IMG/VR virus record: IMGVR_UViG_3300011774_000001
Span: 32,001-96,000 of that record
DNA length: 64,000 bases
Direction: 5' to 3' (one strand)
From: a virus
Lineage: Duplodnaviria > Caudoviricetes
Shown in pieces: positions 17,147-26,658 of the stretch (its first letter is position 1; every line of letters starts with the position of its first letter). The notes beneath the pieces were generated by a model, which ran no database searches, was not told where the DNA came from, and saw only the letters and a list, made by a program, of their open reading frames with translations. The position numbers were made by a program, and so were the translations under genes.

Positions 17147-17179
17147 CGGTATCTGGTAGCCGAGTATAAGGACAGTCCC

Positions 17180-18835
17180 ATGAGCGATCTTCCATTTGAC
17201 GTTGAAGTACCCAAAGCAGTAGCAGCCAAGCCAGCACCCGCGAAGGCCAAGGCTAAGCCTGTTGTTGAAGTAGAGGTGCCAGTCAACGAGTTTGCTGCGT
17301 TCTACATTGCAGAGAGCACGATGCCTGAGCGCGGCTACTTTGGCGTTGGGGTACATGGGTATGTAGTCACCCAGGTGAAGGCCAAACGAGGCTACGGCCT
17401 CAAGAAGTACGTGCCAACACCGAAAGGCTACAAGGACGATGGGAAGATGGAGTTGCAGGTCATCCGCGAGGTGATCGACATCCGTGCCCCATTGTCCAAA
17501 CCCGAACACACCACAGCTGTAGCCAATTGCATTTTGCAAGGCTGCGTGCTGGCGCTCGAATACGTGGCGCAGTTAGAAGAAACACCCAAGACAGTTTGCT
17601 TGTTGGTCCCGCGCAAGAACCTTGCACTGTTCATGACCAAAGGCTATCCCAAGGCTATCGCCGATGGGTATGTGGATGGTAAGGGTAATCCCCTGACCTT
17701 CAAGGAAGTCTTGGACGCCTTTGTGCGTGTCTCTGAAGTCCTCACCTCAAAAGGGTGTAAGGTCTCTGTTGAGTACGTGTCCCTCGAACAACCCCGAGGA
17801 CTGCCAGTCGCCAAGGCCAATGCCAACGACGCTGTGCTGTCCTCACAGAAATCCAAAGGCGCAGAGAGCGAAGCCCATTGTATCGTATCTCCGCCTGAAG
17901 GCTACTGGAACCACGAACACGGTCGCCACCCTTTGCTGGGTAAGTCTCGTCTCGTGTTCAAGATGTCTGGACGGGAAGTGGTCAAACAAGACCATGTGTA
18001 CCTGATGGACTTCGAGAAGGCCAGTAAAAAGAAAGAACACCTGCATAAGCTGGAAATCGAAGTTGGACAACTGTTGCCTTCTGCCTCGTATTGCGTGGCC
18101 AAGATCAACTCCCTAGATCCAATCATCCAGCGAATCCAAGAGCAGCACACGAACTATCTGGATACGAAAGTAGAACGGATGGCTGTACTGTTCCTGGATG
18201 CTGTCTTCAAGCCAGGTGCACACTCTGTCATGGAAAAGGTGGGTGCAGATTATCTGCACTCGACAACCTTTGTGACTGACTTGACGGATAGTTACGGGGC
18301 GATGTACACCCACGAACTCAATCCAGCTCGTCAGGCACACCGTGCATGGGATGTGTACTTAGACATGGAATCGTTGGTGCTTAACTTCCTGGCTCACCGG
18401 GAGAAGCTACTGGCGGACGAGAAGACAGCATGTCACGTTAAGAGTGGCTGTACGGAGTTCCATGCAACACCTGGAATCTTCATGGCCACCAACGTAACCC
18501 AACACTTCATCACCGTCACGGAAGACAACAAGGGCAAGCCTGTCTTTAAGGCATCGAAGCGGGTGGAAACACCCAACACCAGCTTACTCGTCCCGGCAGC
18601 ATATTGGGACGATACAGATGAACAGGTTAAAGAAGCAAAGATTAATCTGTCTATCGGCATCGACATGCCTAAACGTAACGCGATTGCCGCGATGGCATCC
18701 GAGCAGTTCGAAGCATTCGTTCTGACCCATCAGGACACTGCCTTCACGGTTAGGCACTTCGTCGTTGTCACAAACGGGGATGAATACGGTATTTGGGCGT
18801 CGCCCTTTGCCAATCGAACCTTTGTCAAAAAATAG
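17180..18835 (+). CDS. RNase H-fold protein (phiKZ gp155-like), apparently catalytically degenerate
   Basis: G.GVHGY, PTPKGY, YW, G.D.P.RN and GIW...FAN motifs of jumbo-phage RNase H; synteny with UvsX. Confidence 0.75.
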   Translation: MSDLPFDVEVPKAVAAKPAPAKAKAKPVVEVEVPVNEFAAFYIAESTMPERGYFGVGVHGYVVTQVKAKRGYGLKKYVPTPKGYKDDGKMELQVIREVIDIRAPLSKPEHTTAVANCILQGCVLALEYVAQLEETPKTVCLLVPRKNLALFMTKGYPKAIADGYVDGKGNPLTFKEVLDAFVRVSEVLTSKGCKVSVEYVSLEQPRGLPVAKANANDAVLSSQKSKGAESEAHCIVSPPEGYWNHEHGRHPLLGKSRLVFKMSGREVVKQDHVYLMDFEKASKKKEHLHKLEIEVGQLLPSASYCVAKINSLDPIIQRIQEQHTNYLDTKVERMAVLFLDAVFKPGAHSVMEKVGADYLHSTTFVTDLTDSYGAMYTHELNPARQAHRAWDVYLDMESLVLNFLAHREKLLADEKTACHVKSGCTEFHATPGIFMATNVTQHFITVTEDNKGKPVFKASKRVETPNTSLLVPAAYWDDTDEQVKEAKINLSIGIDMPKRNAIAAMASEQFEAFVLTHQDTAFTVRHFVVVTNGDEYGIWASPFANRTFVKK

Positions 18836-18846
18836 CAGGTAATCCA

Positions 18847-19203
18847 ATGAACACAGAAAGCCTCTGGAGTAAATTTTTAGGACAAGTGGTTCCACAAGGT
18901 GTGAAAAGGAAGTTGGTACTGGTGACGGTATTCGTTGAGTTGGAAAAGGAGCGGGGCATTGACCAGCCACGCCTCTCCGATCTGAATGCGCAAATGCATT
19001 TGGTAGAGGACGAGGACATCCTGAACCGACTGGCCGATTTGGCTAAGGTCCTGTTCCTTGGCCGACATTGTCCAGTCGACAAGGATTCGATCACGGAGAA
19101 TTGCTCCAAGGTCATGAGCTGGTTACCTCAGTGGTTGAAGTACGGCGAGCGTGAAAAGATGTTCCACGACTTGGCTGAACTCAACGTCAGTCACATTCGT
19201 TGA
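18847..19203 (+). CDS. Hypothetical protein downstream of RNase H
   Basis: AGGT RBS; LPQWLKYG motif. Confidence 0.75.
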   Translation: MNTESLWSKFLGQVVPQGVKRKLVLVTVFVELEKERGIDQPRLSDLNAQMHLVEDEDILNRLADLAKVLFLGRHCPVDKDSITENCSKVMSWLPQWLKYGEREKMFHDLAELNVSHIR

Positions 19204-19205
19204 CA

Positions 19206-19244
19206 GCATACTCCCCGTCCCCTAGGGGACGGGGAGCTTATGCC
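19206..19244. terminator. Bidirectional hairpin terminator
   Basis: gcata-ctccccgtccc-ctag-gggacggggag-cttatgcc. Confidence 0.8.
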
Positions 19245-19245
19245 A

Positions 19246-20469
19246 TTACCAACCGCCAGGACTTGCGTCTTGGGTCGTACCGCCTTGATTGGTCCACGCT
19301 TTGACAATGTCTTCAGTCGTGGCTTCAACCACAGTCACCTTGGTGGCGTCTGCATGCACAGAAGCTGCCAAGAAGTCAAGGTTGCTCACCGGATACAGAC
19401 GAGAGCCGATGCGGATAGCACCCACTTGTTCGCCGTCCCAATCACGTTCTTCACCACCGAGCAGTGGATCGGCTTCCAGCACCTCGAAGATCCACGACAG
19501 TTCCTTGATGTCAAGGTCCTGAGTAGGTTGCCACTTGAGGTGATCGTAGATGAAGCTGTACGGAATGCGCACGCCACCCAATACCAGTTCAGGCACACCC
19601 ACAGAAACCATCGACTCGGTCTTCATGGATACCTTGCGCGATTCAGCCAGAGGCTTCTTCAGCTCGTTCACCTGATGGTTGCAGGCTACGACCAACTCAC
19701 GCACCAGAATACCGATCTGACCGTACAGGTCGATGGCCTGAGACAGGTTGGCACAGATACCCGACAGGATGGTTGCAGTGTTGGCAGACAGCTTGACGTT
19801 GCCTTCGTCAGTACCGTCTTCCAGCTTCTCGATCACGCGATCGATCTTGCCTGCAATCTCCTGAGTCATCTTGACGATGCGCTGAGGATTGGTTTCCAGG
19901 TAACGAGTCGCCAGAGCGTTGGCGTTATCCCAGGTCGGTTTGATCTGCGACAGGTTCGAGTAGGCCGTATCCATCTGAACCTGATCCACTCGACCGGTAG
20001 GGTCAACGAACTTGGCCAGTGCAATACGAGTGCCCTCGATGTCTTGCTCTTTGAAGTTCTTGAGGTCAGTGACAGTTGCCGAACTGGCCAGAGTATCGGG
20101 GGAGGCAATGCGCAGGCTCAGCCAGATGCTGAACGGTTTGAGCACTTCTTCCTCGATGTTCTCAACCTTCACCAGTGCGTCGAACAACGACTCGGTGTAG
20201 GACATCAGAGGGCCCTTGAGGCCACGTGGGACGGTCAGTTTGGTGGTAGAGACATCAGAGAAGCGGCTACCGGCCAAATCCTTCACAACCACGTTGTAGG
20301 CAACCAGAGGGATCTTCACCTCAGGACGGATCTTGCCACGTGCCCAGTCGCCCATGGCACCTGCAATACCTTTCACCTTGGCAGTCACCGAGGAGGCAAC
20401 GCTGCCGACCATGCCGTGGGTCATCGCCTCGGTCATGATCATTTGATGTTTGAGTGCAATCTCGTTCAT
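19246..20469 (-). CDS. Putative virion (head) protein, phiKZ gp153-like
   Basis: GAGG RBS; VPRGL.G.L..Y...L motif; divergent from UvsX as in phiKZ-like phages. Confidence 0.6.
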   Translation of the reverse strand: MNEIALKHQMIMTEAMTHGMVGSVASSVTAKVKGIAGAMGDWARGKIRPEVKIPLVAYNVVVKDLAGSRFSDVSTTKLTVPRGLKGPLMSYTESLFDALVKVENIEEEVLKPFSIWLSLRIASPDTLASSATVTDLKNFKEQDIEGTRIALAKFVDPTGRVDQVQMDTAYSNLSQIKPTWDNANALATRYLETNPQRIVKMTQEIAGKIDRVIEKLEDGTDEGNVKLSANTATILSGICANLSQAIDLYGQIGILVRELVVACNHQVNELKKPLAESRKVSMKTESMVSVGVPELVLGGVRIPYSFIYDHLKWQPTQDLDIKELSWIFEVLEADPLLGGEERDWDGEQVGAIRIGSRLYPVSNLDFLAASVHADATKVTVVEATTEDIVKAWTNQGGTTQDASPGGW

Positions 20470-20675
20470 TTCTTTTCCTCGGTTTTGGGAGTGGTCATAA
20501 CGGAGATGACCCCAATCTGATTGTTCAAAGCCCACACACGGATCTGGGCGGCAAGACGCGCTTTAACTTCACCCATGATGGGCTCCTTAGTTCGGTGGCT
20601 ATAGTATTCCTTAAGTTCCCACGAGTTAGGGAAACCTATTGATTAGGATATTCCGTCAACTCTGGGGAAACTTCA

Positions 20676-22145
20676 ATGGCGCGTCGTGGAAACTTTGTAT
20701 CGTCACCTGTGGTGATGCCGATTCTCAACACCGGACGATTTTGGGACGTCATCACCGGCAACCTTGTAAAGGGTAAGCATGGTGACACCATCTGCGTCGG
20801 TGGTCTTGCGTATCAAACCGGTATCGCAGGTCCGGGTAACACCTTCAAATCCCTCTTCATGTGGGACATGTTGCTGGCTATCCTGAACAACTACATCTGC
20901 AGTCAGGGCAACATGTACGACACCGAGCTGTCGCAACAGCGCAGCCGTCCGCGTAATCTGTCGAAGATGTATGCTCGCCTGAAAGAAATCGTTGACATCA
21001 TCTTTGACGAGAAGATGAACGAGTCGGGCCAGCTGCAAATGACCAACGCCGCTCAATACTTGGGCGACCAGTGGTACAACCTGTTCGCTGAGTCCATGGA
21101 CGACAAGTTCGCCAAGGGCAAAAAAGAAATCGGCAAGAAGAATCCAGAATACTTCTTGGAAACACCGTTCATGAACCCGGACAATACGCCGATGTTCGCG
21201 ATGGTGCCTGACGTCTACGGTGTGGACTCCTTCTCCAACTTCCTCACGTCGTCCGTAGAGAAGCTGCAGAACGAACACGACATCGGTGACGGTGGTCGTA
21301 ACATGGAAGTGTTCCGTGGCGGCATGGCTAAAACGCAGATGATGATGGAACTGCCCGTCAAGACTGCGCGTGGTGGTGGTTACATCCTGCTCTCTGCCCA
21401 CTTGGGTAAAGAGTTCGCCATGGACCCACGTACTCCACCGGCCAAACAGCTCGCTTTCATGAAGCAAGGTGTGAAGTTCAAGAACGTACCTGAGAAGTTT
21501 ACGTTCCTGGTCAACAACTGCTGGTTGTCCATGTCGGCTTCGTCGTACTGGAACAGCTCCAGTGACCGCACCCCAGCTTATCCTCGCAACAGCGACGACA
21601 AGATCGTGGGTGACACCGACCTCATGACCGTGCTGATTGCCAACCTGCGTGGTAAGTCGGGTGGTTCTGGTACGCCGTTTGAAGTGGTGGTACGTCAGTC
21701 TGAAGGTGTGATGCACAGCCTGACCGAACTCGATTTCTGCAAAAAGTATGGTCGCTTCGGTTTGGATGCCAACGTGCAGAACTATTTCTTGCACCTGCGT
21801 CCTGATGTCAAGCTGTCCCGCACGACTGTGGACAAGAAGTTCCGTGAAGACCCGCTGCTGGCTCGCGCCATGTTCATCACCTTCGAGATGTGCTACGCGC
21901 GTTACCTGCACCAGGACTGGCCGGAAGAGTACCGCAACGTCACTCCAGAAGAGTTGTACAACGGCTTGAAGGAGAAAGGTTACGACTGGGACGTTCTGCT
22001 GAACACCGTACCTAACTGGGACTTCGTGGACTACGAGAAGGTTGCACCTAAACCTCGTCTGACCACGTGGGATCTGCTGAACATGTACCACGGTACCTAC
22101 CATCCTTTCTGGATGAAGGACAAACCAAAGGCGGCTACCAAGTAA
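20676..22145 (+). CDS. uvsX: UvsX/RecA-like recombinase (phiKZ gp152-like)
   Basis: LNTG..WD.ITG, variant Walker A GPGNTFKS, YDTE, VDSFS, LRGKSGGSG. Confidence 0.9.
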   Translation: MARRGNFVSSPVVMPILNTGRFWDVITGNLVKGKHGDTICVGGLAYQTGIAGPGNTFKSLFMWDMLLAILNNYICSQGNMYDTELSQQRSRPRNLSKMYARLKEIVDIIFDEKMNESGQLQMTNAAQYLGDQWYNLFAESMDDKFAKGKKEIGKKNPEYFLETPFMNPDNTPMFAMVPDVYGVDSFSNFLTSSVEKLQNEHDIGDGGRNMEVFRGGMAKTQMMMELPVKTARGGGYILLSAHLGKEFAMDPRTPPAKQLAFMKQGVKFKNVPEKFTFLVNNCWLSMSASSYWNSSSDRTPAYPRNSDDKIVGDTDLMTVLIANLRGKSGGSGTPFEVVVRQSEGVMHSLTELDFCKKYGRFGLDANVQNYFLHLRPDVKLSRTTVDKKFREDPLLARAMFITFEMCYARYLHQDWPEEYRNVTPEELYNGLKEKGYDWDVLLNTVPNWDFVDYEKVAPKPRLTTWDLLNMYHGTYHPFWMKDKPKAATK

Positions 22146-22156
22146 GCCGAGTTATA

Positions 22157-22180
22157 GGGGGCAGCCTTCGGGCTGCTCTC
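22157..22180 (+). terminator. UUCG hairpin after UvsX
   Basis: gggggcagcc-ttcg-ggctgctctc. Confidence 0.6.
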
Positions 22181-22194
22181 AAGGATTATTGCCG

Positions 22195-22539
22195 ATGAAA
22201 ACTCTTCGAGATAATATTTATGATGTCCTCTCGGAGCACTGCCCCAAAACTGCGCGCCAGTGGCGCCAGAGCTATGTTCCGATCGTGGCCTTTGCCAGCC
22301 CTGAGCAAGAACTCAAGGGTTTGGTTTCCTATTTCTTCCAGGCGTTCTCTAGTCTGCAAGGCGACTTCACACACGAACTGAACTGCGTCGTCGGCAACAG
22401 CTGCAATCAAACATTGTGGCTGCAGGACTTTCGTTCGGTGTTAGCGCCAAGCTTTGTGCAGAACGCGCGGTACATTTTCTCTCCACCACCCAAGCTCAAT
22501 GAGAGTGTTCATTGGCTGGCTCAGTTGTTGGAGGGGTAA
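22195..22539 (+). CDS. Hypothetical protein
   Basis: AAGGA RBS; alternative TTG start 22189. Confidence 0.7.
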   Translation: MKTLRDNIYDVLSEHCPKTARQWRQSYVPIVAFASPEQELKGLVSYFFQAFSSLQGDFTHELNCVVGNSCNQTLWLQDFRSVLAPSFVQNARYIFSPPPKLNESVHWLAQLLEG

Positions 22540-22557
22540 CAACTTAAGGGGTGCCCC

Positions 22558-23238
22558 GTGGCCGGTAACCGTAAAGCAGCAGAGAAGATCGTACTGGCCG
22601 ACCTGGCTCTCTACGACAAGTCCCCTAAGAAGGATAACGTCGCCAACTATGCAGCCTACTTCGCGTCGATGAACGATGCCCAGTTTGATGCATGGGTTGA
22701 TCGCATTGATAAACAGGAAGAGTACATCTACTTCAAGGTGCCTAACTTCCAAGGCAAGGATCTAACCTTCGAAGAGATTCTGGAGATTGGTGACCGTGTA
22801 GGTTACAAGTTCTTCGAGCGCATCTGGATCACCGACCGGGCAACCGGCATCACCATGTTGTCTCCGCACGAATACATGATCATCGTGCAACCACTGCGGA
22901 GACAGTCTCAGTCGCTGATGGGCAAAATGTCCACGGCGGAAGATAACAGCCACATCGATACTTTGACCGACCAGCCAACCGGCGAGTCAAAGACCAGTAG
23001 CCTCTCGTTCGTAGAGACTCAGGTGGTTAGTAACCAGGGCATCCGTAAGCCCCTGGAAGAATTGCTCCGTGTCCGTGGGGGTAACCTCAAGGCCTTGGCT
23101 CGATTCGAACAGCAGTTCCTTGAATACGGGGAGGGGTCACTAGATGCGCCCGGTATGGAACAAGGTAAAGTTAAGTCTGTCCAGAACGCGGCGATCTATC
23201 TACGTGCCATGCACTTGGATAACAACTTCGATAAGTAA
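22558..23238 (+). CDS. Virion RNA polymerase beta subunit, C-terminal part (phiKZ gp149-like)
   Basis: RRQSQ.L..K.S...D...ID.LT.QPTG.SK...LS..E...EL..VRGG, beta C-terminal region. Confidence 0.85.
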   Translation: MAGNRKAAEKIVLADLALYDKSPKKDNVANYAAYFASMNDAQFDAWVDRIDKQEEYIYFKVPNFQGKDLTFEEILEIGDRVGYKFFERIWITDRATGITMLSPHEYMIIVQPLRRQSQSLMGKMSTAEDNSHIDTLTDQPTGESKTSSLSFVETQVVSNQGIRKPLEELLRVRGGNLKALARFEQQFLEYGEGSLDAPGMEQGKVKSVQNAAIYLRAMHLDNNFDK

Positions 23239-23249
23239 ACGGTGAAATC

Positions 23250-23843
23250 ATGGATCGTCAACAAGCCGCAGTCCATTACGTTGAACAGGCAGAGATCGCT
23301 CTGCGTACAACGCTTGAATGGTGCAAGACCGCCTATGGACAGCAGGCAGCAGACCAGTTGTCCCGCATCTTCTCTGACAATCTGTTCGGTCAGAACTTCG
23401 CAGCCTACAACGAGCCTGGTGAGGTGCTGTCTTTCTGGGGTGCGATCAGTCGTCGCCCTGTTACTGACAAGTCGTATGGTGGCGAGTTTGTCATCATGCT
23501 GCACACCCAGTTCAGCTACTTCGTGGAACCTGCAGTGATTTCCGAATCCCAATCGGCCATCGCTGTTACCAACCTGACACCGCTGGGTCACCACCTGGTT
23601 TCGACCATTGCCCGCGCGCAACCACTGCTCAAATACCCTGCCGACCAGTTCCATGACGAGTTGGCAGGCTTTGAAGCTTTCATGAAGGATGTACCGACGC
23701 CTGCTCAGGTGATCTCCATCCTGTCCTACTTCCCTTGGATGGCTCCGTTCTATCTGCTGATGTTCTCTCAACCAGAAACGCTCAAAGCCATTCTGGTTGG
23801 GTATCAGTCGACCACGCCAGCCGCTAACGCTACGGGTGCATAA
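23250..23843 (+). CDS. Hypothetical protein
   Basis: 197-aa ORF, GGTG RBS, in operon. Confidence 0.8.
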   Translation: MDRQQAAVHYVEQAEIALRTTLEWCKTAYGQQAADQLSRIFSDNLFGQNFAAYNEPGEVLSFWGAISRRPVTDKSYGGEFVIMLHTQFSYFVEPAVISESQSAIAVTNLTPLGHHLVSTIARAQPLLKYPADQFHDELAGFEAFMKDVPTPAQVISILSYFPWMAPFYLLMFSQPETLKAILVGYQSTTPAANATGA

Positions 23844-24643
23844 TGCGCGGCACTATCTTGATTGAGTTGGACGCTCTGCTGGACACTCGATTGGGTGCGA
23901 TGCGGATATTCAACGAGTCCCTTTGGGCCCACACCTGGAATGACCCTGCTTACTACAACCGGCTGGTGGATGACTTTGAGCATTTTGGTCAAGGCACTAC
24001 GCTGATGTGGGAAGCAATCTACAACCAGCGTGGCACCCTGCGCGACGAGAAGGGCGACTTGAAAGTGCTCAGGGCTTCGGTCATGTCTGTCATGGTCGGA
24101 AAGATGGGCATGCATTTGAGGCAGCTCTACTCCAAGCGTACCACCGAACCCAACTTCAAAGGGTGTGACGTGAAGGTTAACGTCTGGCCTTACGAGTTGG
24201 ATGAGATTGACAAGGAAGAGATCGTTCTCGCACTGGAGCAAATGATGCTCCCTGACGAGAGCGGTGCTCAGGTCGAGATCATTGATACCCAGATCAGCTG
24301 CGTCAGCATTCCGCACAGCGAACTGACTCTGGATATGATTCGTGAAGAGTACACCAAGGTGGTGATGTACAACTTCCGCGAGTGGTGGGACATTCAAGCC
24401 AAGTGCATTTACGATGCAGTGCGTGGCGCGTCCCTAACCGAGTTCATCGTTCCAGAACTCATCCGGTTGAAGAACTCCCAGAAGATCGACAAGAAAACAT
24501 TCGTCGACGATACAGGGGCACCCTTCAACCCATTCGAAGAAACCAAGCGCACGCTGGCCGTTTCAATGAACTTGAGTTTCTGGAGCCCGCTGTATTTCTC
24601 CGTCCCCAATCCGCAAGAACTTATTCGCGGTCTAAAGGCATAA
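23843..24643 (+). CDS. Conserved phiKZ-like hypothetical protein (HAD-like N-terminus)
   Basis: IELDALLDTRLG, YYNRLVDDF, VNVWPYEL motifs; TAATG overlap. Confidence 0.75.
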   Translation: MRGTILIELDALLDTRLGAMRIFNESLWAHTWNDPAYYNRLVDDFEHFGQGTTLMWEAIYNQRGTLRDEKGDLKVLRASVMSVMVGKMGMHLRQLYSKRTTEPNFKGCDVKVNVWPYELDEIDKEEIVLALEQMMLPDESGAQVEIIDTQISCVSIPHSELTLDMIREEYTKVVMYNFREWWDIQAKCIYDAVRGASLTEFIVPELIRLKNSQKIDKKTFVDDTGAPFNPFEETKRTLAVSMNLSFWSPLYFSVPNPQELIRGLKA

Positions 24644-24677
24644 GCCCTCCCCCTCCCTACGGGGAGGGGGAGTATGC
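24637..24677. terminator. Bidirectional hairpin terminator
   Basis: ggcataa...ctccccctccc-tacg-gggagggggag-tatgc. Confidence 0.8.
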
Positions 24678-25190
24678 TCACGACGGATCGTGTTCAATGA
24701 GATTGCCTTTCTCACGAGAGAAACGTCCTGCCATGTCGGAGTACGTTATTGTGTGACTCCCTGTCTCCAGCTCGCCTGGGACAACCTCGATATCTGGCAG
24801 CTCACTATCCAGTGGGATGGCTGCACGTTGCACCGGAGGACCATCGACACGCATGACGCTGCTACTACCAGAACGATTGGCCAGCTCCAACAATGCCTGT
24901 GCAACGATCTGGTCTTTCTTGGCATTGTTGTCGTCGGTCTTCTGACGCATGATACCAAGTTCTTGGTTGTCGAAATCCTTCATGGTATCGAGCAGCATCT
25001 TGACGCCGTCTTTATCGGTGGGAACTTTACCACCCGGTGCCAAGGCAACCATCATCTTTATTCGAACGCCTTGTGTCATTTCCAAGCGTTCTTCATGACT
25101 GGCCGGCAAGACTTCAGGAACAATCGGAGTAACGTTCTCGTACTCTGTTCCGTTCTCAACGACCCCCAAGTCTTTCAATGCTTGATCCAT
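24678..25190 (-). CDS. Hypothetical protein
   Basis: GAGGG RBS before MDQALK; ends at the terminator. Confidence 0.75.
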   Translation of the reverse strand: MDQALKDLGVVENGTEYENVTPIVPEVLPASHEERLEMTQGVRIKMMVALAPGGKVPTDKDGVKMLLDTMKDFDNQELGIMRQKTDDNNAKKDQIVAQALLELANRSGSSSVMRVDGPPVQRAAIPLDSELPDIEVVPGELETGSHTITYSDMAGRFSREKGNLIEHDPS

Positions 25191-25339
25191 TGTAATGCCC
25201 TCTAATAACTCTTTCTCAAACCTAAAACATCTAACTGAATATCCACCTATAAGGTTTTGGTTATTCACAATGGATGATGTCTGTGAGGTGTAACATGCTC
25301 GCACAATTGTCTAGCTTTCCAGTCGATGGACGCAAATCC

Positions 25340-25846
25340 ATGTTTAAGAAACTCTTGAGCTGGATCGGCTTTGGACAGGAGGACGCTCCTGCTCCAGACG
25401 AACGATTGGACAAGATGAATGCTATGCTTGTACAGATGGACAGACTTCGACGTCTAATCGCGCAGGGCACTTGGAAAGGTCGCAGGGGAACCTGGCGCAC
25501 TTCCAAGTTTGAGAGTGTTCATCAGAACATTTTCTATCTCATCAACACCGTACGGAGTACCACAGATGCAGTCTTATCAAAATCTCCACCTCCCCGCGAA
25601 GCAACTCTGTCTCGGCGATTCGTGGACAACTTGTATCCCGTAACACTTGATGGCTATCTAACCGACGAGCAGGGTTACACCTGTGCGCCGGAAACGATCA
25701 TGCGAGAGCTGATTAAGGCCATCGAAGATTTGGTCAACAACATTCGCATGTACGACCAAACGGATTCAACACGCTTCGATTATTATCTGCGGCAGTGTTC
25801 GAATCTATTTGGCGAGTTGGAGATCATAACAAAAACATACCTCTAA
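25340..25846 (+). CDS. Hypothetical protein
   Basis: MFKKLLSWIG start; upstream AT-rich promoter-like segment 25212-25254. Confidence 0.75.
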   Translation: MFKKLLSWIGFGQEDAPAPDERLDKMNAMLVQMDRLRRLIAQGTWKGRRGTWRTSKFESVHQNIFYLINTVRSTTDAVLSKSPPPREATLSRRFVDNLYPVTLDGYLTDEQGYTCAPETIMRELIKAIEDLVNNIRMYDQTDSTRFDYYLRQCSNLFGELEIITKTYL

Positions 25847-25875
25847 CTCAGCCAAGGTTACGAAGGACTTTTTGG

Positions 25876-26568
25876 ATGAGTGCTAAAGGTAATGACATCT
25901 ACACGATGTTGGCTACCCCTGACAAACGGATTCGAGAAGCCCACGGCATTCTGTCGCGGATGTATCGTCTCATTTTGTGGGAGTTGCAGATTACCCCCTA
26001 CAAATGGAACCTCCTACTGACCAACTATTTGGACAAGTTGACGAGAGATCTCGACCTGTCCCAAGATCGGGTAACCAATGAGCGCAATAACCTGCGCAAA
26101 GGGTTGTCTGATCCTGACATGACCTTTGAGATGTTGACAAGGGGATTGTCGGTGTTGGCTCCACGAGGAATGACGTTTAAGGTGGAGTTGGACTACGACA
26201 ACGATGTCATGGTGGAATCTAGCGTTGACATGCTAGCACCTGACACGGGCGATTTGGGTAAGTTGTCGGGGCTGTACCAAGACCTGTGCGCGCTCATGGG
26301 TAAGGACGTCAATCATCTGGATGAGGAGATTGAAGCCTACCTATGTAACGCATTAGTGAGGGAAGAAGTAAAAGGGCGTAAGAAGGGCAATGACAAGGGC
26401 AACCTGCGTCGTGAGTTGCCTGGTACAGCAATGACATGGGATGTGTTCAAGAAGGGCTTAAGGGTCTTGGCACCGAACATGACGCGCGTAAGTGTATCGC
26501 TCCAGTGGACTCGCAATCGGGTTACCACGCATACACTGCGCATTGCTACACCGAAGAAAGCTGGGTAG
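25876..26568 (+). CDS. Hypothetical protein with tandem duplicated domain
   Basis: Two copies of G.LS.(M/L)Y...N...NLR..L....MT(F/W)....GL.VLAP. Confidence 0.8.
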   Translation: MSAKGNDIYTMLATPDKRIREAHGILSRMYRLILWELQITPYKWNLLLTNYLDKLTRDLDLSQDRVTNERNNLRKGLSDPDMTFEMLTRGLSVLAPRGMTFKVELDYDNDVMVESSVDMLAPDTGDLGKLSGLYQDLCALMGKDVNHLDEEIEAYLCNALVREEVKGRKKGNDKGNLRRELPGTAMTWDVFKKGLRVLAPNMTRVSVSLQWTRNRVTTHTLRIATPKKAG

Positions 26569-26573
26569 TCAGC

Positions 26574-26604
26574 TCCCCCTCCCTTCGGGGAGGGGGATTA
26601 TGCC
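26574..26604 (+). terminator. UUCG hairpin + TTATGCC terminator
   Basis: tccccctccc-ttcg-gggaggggga-ttatgcc. Confidence 0.8.
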
Positions 26605-26658
26605 CCACGTTTATTTTTTTGTTCAATTCTATGAATCTTTTCTAACGAGTCCGATGCC

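Noticed and set aside
20829-20852. UvsX Walker A GPGNTFKS lacking the second Gly, suggesting inactivation
   Set aside because: As I recall, the FKS variant is normal in phiKZ-family UvsX, so it is not evidence of decay.
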